64,000 nt of DNA, taken from positions 13,955 to 77,954 of the forward strand of contig JAOAFQ010000012.1 of NCBI GenBank assembly GCA_026416195.1. Reading direction: 5' to 3'. This document shows positions 29,401-38,613 of the stretch, piece by piece. The number at the start of each line of letters is the position of its first letter. The first letter of the stretch is position 1. The stretch is from Candidatus Aminicenantes bacterium (GTDB lineage Bacteria > Acidobacteriota > Aminicenantia > Aminicenantales > CALLJL01). Under the pieces are notes generated by a model. That model saw only the letters and a list, made by a program, of their open reading frames with translations. It had not been told where the DNA came from and searched no databases. A program made the translations under genes and the position numbers.

Positions 29401-29953
29401 TTTGGGTCGAAAAGCCTTTCAACCCACAATGAGCTAAAAGGCTAGGAAGAGAGGCCGGGAAGCCAAAACAATCAGGGAGCATAAATTCAGCACTCCTTCG
29501 GCCAAGTTCTTTTTCAAAAAATTTCGTGCCATAAAGAATCTGTCGGATAATTGATTCAGCCGAAGGAGCATTAACGTCCGATTCTTCCCACGAAGAACCA
29601 CAGGGAAACCACCGCCCAGCCTTAACCAACTCTTTAACTCGATTAAAATCGGCCGGATAATACTCTTTCATCATCCGATAGCGGTTGGCGCCACTAAAAT
29701 TGAAGATGTAATGGGGATACTTATCAATCAGGTAAAAATTTAGCCGCATAGTCTTTGGGATATATTCTTTTATTGTGGTTACATAATCCCATCGCCACTG
29801 GGTATCTAGATGGGCATAGCCAACAACATAGAGAGTCGGGGTTTTGGTTAAATCGCGATGGCTGGACGGAGAGGAAAAGCCTTTAGGATTAAAACCAAGG
29901 GAAAAAAGGATTAATATGGATAAAAAGCTCAATATTTTCTTAATCAGTTTCAT
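26486..29953 (-). CDS. Secreted alpha-mannosidase, glycoside hydrolase family 38
   Basis: GYAHLDTQWRW, EESDVNAPSAES, MLPDCFGF (nucleophile), QFHDILPGT; AGGAGG SD before ATG 29953; signal peptide. Confidence 0.93.
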   Translation of the reverse strand: MKLIKKILSFLSILILFSLGFNPKGFSSPSSHRDLTKTPTLYVVGYAHLDTQWRWDYVTTIKEYIPKTMRLNFYLIDKYPHYIFNFSGANRYRMMKEYYPADFNRVKELVKAGRWFPCGSSWEESDVNAPSAESIIRQILYGTKFFEKELGRRSAEFMLPDCFGFPASLPSLLAHCGLKGFSTQKLTWGSNAPVGGPNSPQKTPEGIPFNLGLWVGPDGQAVVAAFNPGSYAQNITYDLSKTPPERPAGEQARRPLVDWPARIMLNGQVSGVYADYMYYGTGDTGGSPSESSVRLLEAIVTKAKTVLPSLELRRPQIIEPLKKPEPRPEVQVGDGPVTVVSATAEQLFLDLTPEMIKGLPRYQGDLELTNHSAGSITSQAYMKRWNRLNETLAEAAEKAAVMASWLGLRSYPQKKINEAWGLVLAAQFHDILPGTSIPKAYEYSWNDEVLAMNLFSGVIESSIEALATQLDTRAKGVPVVVFNPLNIAREEVVEAKLNFPGGRPKAVRVFGPDGREVPAQLEEDRVIFVAKVSSVGLAVYDVRPAEVSLPSTLKVTENSLENERYRVSLDEKGDVKSIYDKKLRRELLSSPIRLEIKTDKPAQWPAWNMDWEDQIRPPRAYVAGPAKTRIIERGPARVALEVTREAEGSKFRQIIRLAAGEAGQRVEFYNLIDWHTPEAHLKVVFPLTAKNKMATYNWGVGTVQRPTNTEKQFEVPSHQWIDLTDSSQSFGVTILTDCKIGSDKPNDHTIRLTLLRTPGISQGWEAYGDQSSQDWGRHEILFGLTAHRGNYRLDETDWQGYRLNQPLLVFTGPAHPGPLGKSFSFLRFNTSRVRLMALKKAEDSEAIILRVVEMDGATRPVNLDVEAPILKAREVNGVEDPLRDLMIKGSAAQTKSLMFTLKPYEIKSLALDLAPAPFKTEPPKFKPVPLNYDLAAACPDGSMNQRGFDASGRCLPSEMLPPEIEFGAIRFALGPAVGPNALIPKGQTVALPEGDNKRLYLLAASASSDQRATFWVEERPVELIIQSWDGYIGQWDRRLWTIKEELLSPRSSSASSPPLLFSPPPIREVMEFAGLVPGYIKPAPVAWFSSHLHGIDGSNEPYSYCYLFAYIIETPENPRRLTLPYNETLRILAITVSNESGRFIPAFPLYDQLER

Positions 29954-30142
29954 TTCAACCTCCTCTGGTTTTTTCAATATTAAAATAATCTCATTTTGTA
30001 AAGCAAATTTTTGGAGGTCATTAATAAAAAAATATTTATATTAAAGCGAGTTATCTTATATTTAAAACTAAAATTTAGGGTAATAAGAGACTAATTCAAT
30101 CAAAATTTGAATTTCCACTAAATTTCAACTAAAATTAAACCA

Positions 30143-30661
30143 ATGGATTCATTTAAGATAGGTGATAAAGTAATCTATCCTAACCAAGGTATCGGGATCA
30201 TTGAAGATATTAAAGAGGCCAATTTATTCGGCGAGACTTTTCGCATTTATCATGTTAGAATTTTAGCTAATAATTCCCTCGTTCTGGTACCTGTAACCAA
30301 TACGGGAGAGGTGGGGTTGAGAAGACCGATTTCAAGCGAAGTGGTAGAGGACATTTTTGAATTTATTCGCAGTAGCCCTATCGATATCCACCGTGATTGG
30401 AAAGAAAGGTACAAAGAAAATCAAAATCTGATGAAATCAGGCAAAATATTTGATGTGATTCTGGTTCTCAAAGGTCTCTATTATCTGAATCTACAAAGAA
30501 GTCTTTCCTTTCGCGAGAAGGCGATGATGGAAAAAGCCAAGGAACTTATCATCAGTGAGCTCGCCGAGGCCACTTCGCTTTCAGCCTTAGAAATCGAAAA
30601 AAAATTAGAGGAATGTTTAGCCCAGTGTTTTCTACCCTTTAAATCCGAACCTCAAATCTAA
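30143..30661 (+). CDS. carD: CarD family RNA polymerase-binding regulator
   Basis: FKIGDKVIYPNQGIGII, GLRRPI, WKERYK, LSFREKAMMEKAKELIISEL. Confidence 0.92.
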   Translation: MDSFKIGDKVIYPNQGIGIIEDIKEANLFGETFRIYHVRILANNSLVLVPVTNTGEVGLRRPISSEVVEDIFEFIRSSPIDIHRDWKERYKENQNLMKSGKIFDVILVLKGLYYLNLQRSLSFREKAMMEKAKELIISELAEATSLSALEIEKKLEECLAQCFLPFKSEPQI

Positions 30662-30672
30662 GGCTGAAAGCC

Positions 30673-31950
30673 ATGGTCCTGACAGCCGCTCTTCTTTTTA
30701 TTTTATGTCTTTTCCTAAGCGCTTTTTTTGCTGCTTCTGAAACTGCTTTTATTTCTGTCAATCCCTTTAAACTGCGTTCTTTGGAAGCGAAAGGAGTAAA
30801 ACGGGCTGGACTCATTCAAAAAGTCAGAGCTAGGCTTGACCGTTTTTTAACCTCCATTCTAGTGGGCAATACATTAGTCAACATAGCCGCAGCCTCCTTA
30901 GCTACTTTTCTCGCCGTCTCCCTCTTGCCTGAAAAAAAAAATCAGGCTGTTCTCCTCGCCACCGTCATTACTACTGGCCTAATTCTTCTCTTTGGAGAAA
31001 TTGGTCCTAAAACATTAGCCGCTTATCATCCCCTCAAACTCGCGCTCAATCTTGTCCAGCCGTTGCGTTTTTTCCTCCTAATTCTTGCCCCCATCTCTCG
31101 AGCTTTGGCTGGCTTTATTAACTTTTTTGTGCCAACTTCGAGCCGAAGTTCGCGGCCTGATTTGCTGAGTGAAGAGGAAATGAAATTAATGATTATGGCC
31201 GGGAGCGATACTCTGCCCAAGGAAAAACGTCAAATGCTGGCGGCTGTTTTGGCCATAACGACTCGACCAATAAAGGAAATCATGGTCCCTAGACCTCAGG
31301 TGAAGGCCATTGAAATCAACTGTCCACCTGAAAAGATTTTAGAAATTATTTTGAGCTCTGAATTTTCCCGGTATCCTGTTTATCGCGGCCGAATGGATAA
31401 TATCGAAGGAATTCTTTATGTCAAAGACGTTCTTTCCTATCTGATCGAAAGACGACCTTTTGAGCTCAAAAAACTCCTCCATCCTCCCCTTTTTTTGCCT
31501 GAGTCAGCTTCCTTGGAAACAGCACTTCGAGAAATGAGAATAAGAGCTGTCCATCTGGCCCTAGTGGTCGATGAATTTGGATCAGTCGAAGGAATAATAA
31601 CTCTCGAGGATATTCTGGAAGAAATTGTGGGTGAAATAAGAGACGAAACTGACGACTTAGCTGAAGAAAAATGGTTGGAAAAAAAAGAAGGAGAGATTTA
31701 TTATCTGCGAGGTCGAGCTCCGATTAAAGAAATTCGCGAAGCTTTGGGCCTAGAAATCCCAGAAAGTCGGGAATATACAACCTTGGCTGGTTTTCTCCTC
31801 TTCCATTTTGGCCATTTTCCTCAGGAAAAAGAAACTCTTGACTACGGCCCTTATCAATTTACAGTGGAGAAAATAAGCCGTCGTCATCTAAGTTTGATTA
31901 AAATTGAGCCTAAACCAAAGAAAGCTAACTCTCATGAGAATAGTCGCTGA
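30673..31950 (+). CDS. CNNM/HlyC-CorC family membrane protein (CNNM, CBS pair, CorC)
   Basis: SAFFAASETAF, LFGEIGPK, SRYPVY, VVDEFG, TLEDILEEIVGEI, TTLAGF. Confidence 0.92.
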   Translation: MVLTAALLFILCLFLSAFFAASETAFISVNPFKLRSLEAKGVKRAGLIQKVRARLDRFLTSILVGNTLVNIAAASLATFLAVSLLPEKKNQAVLLATVITTGLILLFGEIGPKTLAAYHPLKLALNLVQPLRFFLLILAPISRALAGFINFFVPTSSRSSRPDLLSEEEMKLMIMAGSDTLPKEKRQMLAAVLAITTRPIKEIMVPRPQVKAIEINCPPEKILEIILSSEFSRYPVYRGRMDNIEGILYVKDVLSYLIERRPFELKKLLHPPLFLPESASLETALREMRIRAVHLALVVDEFGSVEGIITLEDILEEIVGEIRDETDDLAEEKWLEKKEGEIYYLRGRAPIKEIREALGLEIPESREYTTLAGFLLFHFGHFPQEKETLDYGPYQFTVEKISRRHLSLIKIEPKPKKANSHENSR

Positions 31951-32386
31951 AAATAAAAAGGCTATCTTTAACTATGAAATAATTGAACGACTCGAAGCTG
32001 GCCTAGTTTTACTTGGCAGTGAAGTGAAATCGATTCGGGAAGGGCGGGTTAGCCTCAAAGAAAGTTTTGCTGAAATTAAAGATGGCGAAGCCTATCTTAT
32101 TAACTGCCACATTAGCCCTTATGAAGCCGCCAATCGGTTCAATCACGATCCCCTGAGGCCTAGAAAATTGCTCCTGCATCGCCAAGAAATTAAAAGGCTC
32201 ACTGGAAAAATCAAAGAAAAGGGACTGACTTTAATTCCAACGAAAATGTATTTTAATAACAAGGGCAAAATCAAAGTTGAAATTGCTTTGGCTCGGGGCA
32301 AACGGGCTTATGAAAAGAAAGAGGCTATTAAAACCAGAGACATAGAACGCGAACTAAGAGCCGAAATGAAGCGTTGGCGACGGTAA
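31934..32386 (+). CDS. smpB: SsrA-binding protein
   Basis: ENKKAIFNYEI, EAGLVLLGSEVKS, RKLLLHRQEI, GKRAYEKKE; start taken at ATG 31934. Confidence 0.96.
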   Translation: MRIVAENKKAIFNYEIIERLEAGLVLLGSEVKSIREGRVSLKESFAEIKDGEAYLINCHISPYEAANRFNHDPLRPRKLLLHRQEIKRLTGKIKEKGLTLIPTKMYFNNKGKIKVEIALARGKRAYEKKEAIKTRDIERELRAEMKRWRR

Positions 32387-33406
32387 AGAGGCAACCATTC
32401 TATAAGCCAGATTGATCGCGGCTAACATACTTTTCTCTGAAGCTTTCCTTTGAGGAGCTATATCGAAAGCTGTTCCATGATCAGGAGAAGTCCGAACAAA
32501 AGGCAAACCCAAAGTCACGTTAACTCCTTCCTCAAAACTAAGCAATTTAAAAGCAATTAAACCTTGATCATGATAAAGAGCAATGACTAAGCAATCTTTT
32601 AAGTTAAGGGCCTGCCTAAAAACCACATCCGGAGGATAAGGACCAGAAATACTCATTCCTCTTTGGCGAGCCGCCGCAATGGCCGGAATAATTTCCTTTT
32701 TTTCTTCATCACCGAGAAGACCATCTTCGCCTGCATGTGGATTTAGACCAGCCACAAGAAATTCTATTTTCGAATCAAAAAGGCACTTGGTCGAAGCTTC
32801 GAGACGTCTAAAGAACTCTAGGAGATAATCAAATTTAATTTTTTCTAGAGCATGTCTCAAGGAAATATGATGAGAAACTAGAGCTACTTTTAGTTTTCGA
32901 CTCCAAAAAGCCATGATAGCCTCTGGATAAAACTGTTCAAGATACTCCGTGTGACCTCGCCAGGGTAACCCAGCTAAAGACCAAGAAAGCTTAGAAATAG
33001 GCGCGGTAACCACTGCTTCCAATTGCCCATTCTGGGCCATTTCGATTGCTTTGACATAAGCCAAAAAAGATATCTGACCTGCTTCTGAAGAGGGTTTTCC
33101 CTTTTCAATCAAGGGTATCTTTTCGTCGATAGGAAAAAGATAAAAGCCTGGCTGGGAGCATGTTTCCCAATCAGAAAAAGGTAAAAAATAAATTTTAAGT
33201 CCTAAAGCTCTAATTTCTTCTTTTATGATTTTTTCTGGTCCAAAAATAAGATATCTCGCTCGAGGAATCTTTGTCTGATGGGCTAAGGCCTTAACGAGAA
33301 TTTCAGGACCAATGCCAGCTGGATCCCCAATGGTCAGCCCTAGGCGGAGGAGAGAAAGTTTATTTTTTTCGGGTTTCCTGGGCTGAAGCTTCCTTTTTTT
33401 TATCAT
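32354..33406 (-). CDS. pdxA: 4-hydroxythreonine-4-phosphate dehydrogenase family
   Basis: [51 protein letters not shown]. Confidence 0.92.
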   Translation of the reverse strand: MIKKRKLQPRKPEKNKLSLLRLGLTIGDPAGIGPEILVKALAHQTKIPRARYLIFGPEKIIKEEIRALGLKIYFLPFSDWETCSQPGFYLFPIDEKIPLIEKGKPSSEAGQISFLAYVKAIEMAQNGQLEAVVTAPISKLSWSLAGLPWRGHTEYLEQFYPEAIMAFWSRKLKVALVSHHISLRHALEKIKFDYLLEFFRRLEASTKCLFDSKIEFLVAGLNPHAGEDGLLGDEEKKEIIPAIAAARQRGMSISGPYPPDVVFRQALNLKDCLVIALYHDQGLIAFKLLSFEEGVNVTLGLPFVRTSPDHGTAFDIAPQRKASEKSMLAAINLAYRMVASLPSPTLHFGS

Positions 33407-33692
33407 TGAGCTTGTATAAATATTTTATATTATTTTTAAAAATAAGCAGATTAGGGGCATCTTCTCGGTTCAGTTTGATACAATATCGATCATACCATTC
33501 AATATAGCCCTGAACAACCTCTCCATCAATTAAAACTATAGCCATCGGGGTCTTTTTATTCATCTGTTTTAAATAATAATAATTTTCGGCATAGGTTTCA
33601 TAAGGAGGGGGGACCTTTTTTTTGCTGGCTGCTTCTTTAGCCATTTTCTCCTTAACTTCGCTCAAGGTAGGGCGCAGCAATTTTCGATTCAT
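33360..33692 (-). CDS. Hfq-like Sm-fold protein (divergent, N-terminally extended)
   Basis: [40 protein letters not shown]...[11 protein letters not shown] resembles the Sm1/Sm2 pattern; GGAGG SD before ATG 33692. Confidence 0.75.
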   Translation of the reverse strand: MNRKLLRPTLSEVKEKMAKEAASKKKVPPPYETYAENYYYLKQMNKKTPMAIVLIDGEVVQGYIEWYDRYCIKLNREDAPNLLIFKNNIKYLYKLNDKKKEASAQETRKK

Positions 33693-33894
33693 TATTGGCC
33701 CTCCAGCCATAAATTTTTCTGCTTATGACAGAGATTAATGAGGCAATAACCTGCCTTGCCTAATATACGCCATCATTTATTGGCTTTAGGTTTGAATCTA
33801 AAAATTTCCTAATAAAACCTATATCATAGAAAAAGAGAAAATATCAACTCAAATTATCCTTAAAGTGGCCTTTTCTTGGCTTAATCTCCCCAAG

Positions 33895-34629
33895 TCAATT
33901 TTTAGGTTTGAGGAGGTGAGGAAGAAGGAGAGTCATCCAAGCTTTGGCCATTTCCCTGTAGCCATCTTGGCTGGGGTGAACATTAGGAAGAAGTTCGGGC
34001 CGACTTCTGAATAAATTCCAATGGTCAACAAGGGGAAGATTATTTTCTCTGGCTAGTTTTAAAAGGGCTGGATTGATTTCTACCTCCACTCGACGGGCAG
34101 ATTCTAAGCCGAAGGGATACTCCACCCCCGAAGGGATCGGAGGAATGAGCGCCAGGAAGATTCGGGAACGTTCACCTTGTCTTGTCGTAAACTCTGAAAA
34201 GATCCGGATGATTTCAGCCATATTTTTTTCAAAAGACTCTAATGGGGTTTGATCACCATCCAAACGAACATCATTGGTCCCTAATTCGACCAGAATAAAG
34301 TCAGGCTTAAGGGATTTCAAAAAAGACTCATTTCTTTTTAAATATGCTAAGTACTCAGCTGAATTATGCCCACTTCGACCATAATTATAAATTTTCACCA
34401 GATAACCTTGTTGCCTTAGAAAACGCCGCAAATAGTTAGGATAACCTTTTTCGGTTAGACTATCCCCAGCGCAAAGAATGATATAGGACAGAAAGGCAGA
34501 TCGACATCCTGATGAAATATAAGAAAGGATTCCAACCCCCATCATCAAAACAATAAGAAAAAAGCCTTTTTTTCTATTCTTCAAAGAACTAATTTTTGAA
34601 AAAAATCTGTTCTCACCCTCTGTTGACAT
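33895..34629 (-). CDS. SGNH/GDSL hydrolase with N-terminal membrane anchor
   Basis: AGDSLT (block I), GRSG (II), ELGTND (III), NVHP (V). Confidence 0.88.
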   Translation of the reverse strand: MSTEGENRFFSKISSLKNRKKGFFLIVLMMGVGILSYISSGCRSAFLSYIILCAGDSLTEKGYPNYLRRFLRQQGYLVKIYNYGRSGHNSAEYLAYLKRNESFLKSLKPDFILVELGTNDVRLDGDQTPLESFEKNMAEIIRIFSEFTTRQGERSRIFLALIPPIPSGVEYPFGLESARRVEVEINPALLKLARENNLPLVDHWNLFRSRPELLPNVHPSQDGYREMAKAWMTLLLPHLLKPKN

Positions 34630-34649
34630 TTTTTAAAAAAGAATTGAAG

Positions 34650-36854
34650 TTAGAGCCGCCACCAGTAGGAAAATTTGACAAAAACTGAAGGTCCTGGTCT
34701 CTGAAAGATCCCCCTTTCATCTCTTCCTTGCTGTTTATCCACTCCAAAATAAAAAACTGTTCCTGGTCGATATTCGTAACTAAAAAGAAAGCTCACAAAG
34801 AACCGATCGTAATAGTCATTATATTCAGTAATAAGACGAAGGGAAACAGATTTTGAAAGCTGATAGTTAATCCTTTGGGAAATAATATTGATTTTATAAA
34901 CTCGTTCGCCTCCCCTTTCCCGATAAAATTCATTATTCTGAAGATTATAGAAAAAGCTTAAATTGCTTTTAGGTCTTATGCTAGTTCGCAAGGACCAGGA
35001 AGTTCTAAAACCTAGATAAGGTTTGCTAGAATAATAAATAGCTTCGCCTATTCCATAAGAAATATTCGCGCTTAGCCAGGAAAAAGGCTCGGTATTAAAA
35101 TGACAATCAAATTCACTTTTATAAAAATCAATATTTCTGTATCTTTCTAGCCCTGTAGAGAAAGAAAACCAAAGAGAAGATTGACGCCATCCAGATAAGA
35201 AAAGGGAAATATCAACTTCATTATCAGTCAGAGTATTATTAAAATCATAAATTCGCCTATATTCAATGGAAGGACGGATAGAAATTATATATTCTTTTTC
35301 GGGCAAAAAGACATAACCAAAACGAGTATTAAAGGATTTGATGTCTAACCGGCGAAAGAACCCAGAAGCAGCTTCAAAATCAGGCGGTAAGGAATTATAG
35401 TCTAGAGAAAAATTTACATGGCGCGTTTGTCGATTAAAATTTAAGGCCAAGGCCGGAACAATTCGAGTTACTTGCCCCTCCACTTTGGTTTTAGCTCCAA
35501 GGAGCTGAAAGGAAAGGCGATTATTGCCCATAATCTTGAAATGGCCATCAAGGCCAGCTACTCGATTATAATCAGAAAAAATTTGACTAAAGGAAGGACC
35601 GATTTCTTTATCACAAAAGAGAAAACCAAGATAGGACTCACTATATATGTCCTGCCGAAGCCGGAAAACATTGATCCAAGCTCGAGCCGAAGTCCCTTCT
35701 ATGCTTTCAATTTTTTTATTAGGAATCTTAATGGCTACAGGATTGGAATCAAGCACACTTAGGATTCCTAAGGCTGTACCCTTGGTTTTGCCAGAAAGTT
35801 TCAAGCCCCAAATTGGATCGATGATCCTGCGGGGATAAAGTACCTCTAAAAAAGTGTCAAAATAGTCTCGGCCTTCGATGAAAAAAGGTCTTTTTTCAGG
35901 ATAATAAAGAGCATAGCGCTGATTGACATCGATTTGGGGCATATCTGCTTCGATTTGGCTGTAATCTGGATTAAGAGTAAAATCAGCCGTTAAATCAGAA
36001 GACAGTCCCCATTTAAAATTGACTCCAGGCTGTGGCGAAAATTTCTGAACATCGGTTCTCAGAGCAGTTATAACGGGCATAACTTCAATATTTTTTCCAG
36101 TACTAATGGATGAGGGAAACTCAAGTTGGCCGGCCTGAATCAAGAAACCGTTAATATTCCGAGATTGGGGGGGCCAGTATAATTCTTCATTTTTTCTCCT
36201 TATAGACCGCTGAATAATTAAACCCCATTTTTGATTGCCGGTATTAGGAAACCGAAGAGTCTTAAATGGAATGGCCATCTCGACCGTATAGCCTTGATCA
36301 TCAATTTTGGCTTCGGAAAGAAAATAGCCATCCCAGCTTCGATCAAATCTTTCAAAGCCCATCATTCCACCACCACCGCCCCCACCTCGGCCTCGGCCTC
36401 GGCGGCCGCCTTCGACAAAAATGCCATCATTCTGAATTCCACATGGATTCACTTGAAAAACAAAAGCTCTCTTTTTATCGTTAAAAGTATCTAAATAAAC
36501 CGTGATCCCATCATCTCTCATCACTCTATCCCGCTGAGTTAAACTGGCCCTTATAGCTTGCGGATCAGAATCAAAACAGCGAAAGGCAATATAAAGATAA
36601 TTCTGATCATAACCGATAAAGACTCGAGTCAATTCTGAAGGTTTAGCTCCCTCCTGGGGTTCATATTGGGTAAATTGCTCGATAACGGTCGCTTTTTCCC
36701 ACAGAGGATTTTCCAGAATCCCATCAATTTTAGGTGGGTTGGAAAACTCAACAGGCTGGATAATATAATTTTCCCGACCAGCCGCTTCAAAAGTAACTGG
36801 AAAAATTAGAAAAATTAAACCGCCCAACCAACCAACCAATTTTAATCGCTTCAT
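34650..36854 (-). CDS. CBM9-like/DUF5916-type outer-membrane protein
   Basis: Signal peptide; PKIDGILENPLW, YLYIAFRCFD, GYTVEMAIPFKTLRF, TLNPDYSQIEAD, LYYPEKRPFFIEG; beta-barrel-like C-terminus. Confidence 0.8.
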   Translation of the reverse strand: MKRLKLVGWLGGLIFLIFPVTFEAAGRENYIIQPVEFSNPPKIDGILENPLWEKATVIEQFTQYEPQEGAKPSELTRVFIGYDQNYLYIAFRCFDSDPQAIRASLTQRDRVMRDDGITVYLDTFNDKKRAFVFQVNPCGIQNDGIFVEGGRRGRGRGGGGGGGMMGFERFDRSWDGYFLSEAKIDDQGYTVEMAIPFKTLRFPNTGNQKWGLIIQRSIRRKNEELYWPPQSRNINGFLIQAGQLEFPSSISTGKNIEVMPVITALRTDVQKFSPQPGVNFKWGLSSDLTADFTLNPDYSQIEADMPQIDVNQRYALYYPEKRPFFIEGRDYFDTFLEVLYPRRIIDPIWGLKLSGKTKGTALGILSVLDSNPVAIKIPNKKIESIEGTSARAWINVFRLRQDIYSESYLGFLFCDKEIGPSFSQIFSDYNRVAGLDGHFKIMGNNRLSFQLLGAKTKVEGQVTRIVPALALNFNRQTRHVNFSLDYNSLPPDFEAASGFFRRLDIKSFNTRFGYVFLPEKEYIISIRPSIEYRRIYDFNNTLTDNEVDISLFLSGWRQSSLWFSFSTGLERYRNIDFYKSEFDCHFNTEPFSWLSANISYGIGEAIYYSSKPYLGFRTSWSLRTSIRPKSNLSFFYNLQNNEFYRERGGERVYKINIISQRINYQLSKSVSLRLITEYNDYYDRFFVSFLFSYEYRPGTVFYFGVDKQQGRDERGIFQRPGPSVFVKFSYWWRL

Positions 36855-36987
36855 TCCTTCAGCCTTATCTTAATCTAAGATTAATTTATTTTTTAAAAGA
36901 TTAAATTTTAGCCCATTCTCTTCTTTGAGGCAATTTTATTTCAATATTAGATAAATCATTGTCTTTAACCGACAATCAATTAAAAAA

Positions 36988-38559
36988 TTATTTCCGCTCT
37001 AGTAGATTAGCCAATTCAATATTCCTAGTCTTCAGGGTTGTGCCCAGGACCCGGTCTAGATTAGCTAAAGAAAGGCTATAATCAATGATCGCTTTAAGTT
37101 CAGCTGTCCGCTGATTAGCTAGATCTCGCTGATAGGTTAAAACCATAAAGTTAGTGCTTAGACCAAGACGCAGCTTCTCCTGTTCTGCCTCAAGTTTTTT
37201 CTCGGCCAACTCTCGAGCTAAACGATAGGCCTGCACTCGTTGGAAGTTAGATTGGACAGCTCGAACCGCATTTTTTACTTCCAAATAAACTTGCTCCTCC
37301 TGATTTTTTAGTCTCAATAAGGTCTGTTGTAAATTTAGCTTGGCCTGGGCATAATTGGCTCTGGAAAAGGCATTACTCAAAGGAATATCAAGAGTAAGAC
37401 TTAAAGACCAGTTTCGGTATTTAAAGTTAAAGGAATCCTTTAAAGCTCCTGAAGCTCCGCCAGGAATAGTGCCTAAGATAACCCCGGTAAAAGGATTGTC
37501 ATTTAAATATAAGATTCTGTCTCCTGAAAGACCTGGACTCCAGTAAGAAGCCGAAAAAGAGAGATTAGGCAGAAGCTGATTGCGGGCTACACTTAAGTTA
37601 AATTCCTGATTCTCTACTTGAAGTCGAGTTGAAAACAAGTCTGGTCGATTTTGTAGAGCTATTTGGAGACATTCCTCAAGATCAACTTTCTGTTCAACAA
37701 ATCGAGGCTTATCAACCGGCTTTATTTCTGAGATGCTTTCATCCCGGGTCAAATTAAGGACCCGGCGAAGCTGATCTTCGGCGTTTTTTACCTGGACCTC
37801 AGCGGCAATAATATCAGCTTCACGGCTGGCGACTTCAGCTTCGGCGCTGAGAACTTCCAGGGAAGCCATCGTGCCAATCTCAACCGCTTTTTTATTTTTT
37901 TCTAAAAGCTCCCGAGCTAATTGAAGAGCCTGACGCCTTACTTCCAAATTTTCTATAGCATAAACAAGATTCCAGTAAGCCTCCTCAACCGAGTAAATTG
38001 TATCCATGATTGCTTTTTTCAAATCGTATTCAGAGATTTCGAGATTAGTCTGAGCAATAATTATTTCTCTTCGGCTCATCTTAAAGCCAAAGTCTCGAAG
38101 TAAAGGCTGGCTGAAGGTGAAACGTAAAGTGCTTGAATAACGAGGATTAATTGTTTGAAAGCGAGCCGTGGTATCAGTCCGATCCCAGTTTAAAGAAATG
38201 CCTAAGCTACCTCCAGTTGGAATCTGCTGACTTAATTGAGTTTGATATCCTTCCGAATCAGTCATCGTTTTGTCGGTAGCTTCTAGCCACGAATAAGATG
38301 CTTGGACTGTGCTTCGCCGGTTAAAATTAAAACTTAAAGTCGGGAAAAATTTTTCTTTGGCTCTGGCCACCGCTAAATCAGAAATTTCAGGATTGAGAAT
38401 CTGAATTTGAAGTTGTAGATTATTTTTTAGAGCCCGGGTGATCGCCTCTTCCAAGGTTAAATTTAATATTTTTGAGCTGTCAGTTTGAGCCCCCATTGTT
38501 AAAGGAAAAAGCAAGAAAATAAGAACTCCTGACATTAGGCCAATCCATGCTTTTTTCAT
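36988..38559 (-). CDS. TolC family outer-membrane efflux protein
   Basis: LTLEEAITRALKNN, VEEAYWNL, NQLLPNLSFSA, AEQEKLRLG; AGGAGG SD. Confidence 0.93.
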   Translation of the reverse strand: MKKAWIGLMSGVLIFLLFPLTMGAQTDSSKILNLTLEEAITRALKNNLQLQIQILNPEISDLAVARAKEKFFPTLSFNFNRRSTVQASYSWLEATDKTMTDSEGYQTQLSQQIPTGGSLGISLNWDRTDTTARFQTINPRYSSTLRFTFSQPLLRDFGFKMSRREIIIAQTNLEISEYDLKKAIMDTIYSVEEAYWNLVYAIENLEVRRQALQLARELLEKNKKAVEIGTMASLEVLSAEAEVASREADIIAAEVQVKNAEDQLRRVLNLTRDESISEIKPVDKPRFVEQKVDLEECLQIALQNRPDLFSTRLQVENQEFNLSVARNQLLPNLSFSASYWSPGLSGDRILYLNDNPFTGVILGTIPGGASGALKDSFNFKYRNWSLSLTLDIPLSNAFSRANYAQAKLNLQQTLLRLKNQEEQVYLEVKNAVRAVQSNFQRVQAYRLARELAEKKLEAEQEKLRLGLSTNFMVLTYQRDLANQRTAELKAIIDYSLSLANLDRVLGTTLKTRNIELANLLERK

Positions 38560-38613
38560 GGCACCTCCTCAGGTTTGTCTCTTAAATTAAAACGTGAGGT
38601 CATGAACTACTTA

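Noticed and set aside
31934-32386. tmRNA next to smpB
   Set aside because: No adjacent intergenic space or tRNA-like ends; flanks are fully coding
36971-36995. GGAAA-N16-TGTC upstream of the DUF5916-type gene as an extra ECF promoter
   Set aside because: Two mismatches in nine positions in AT-rich DNA; not distinguishable from chance
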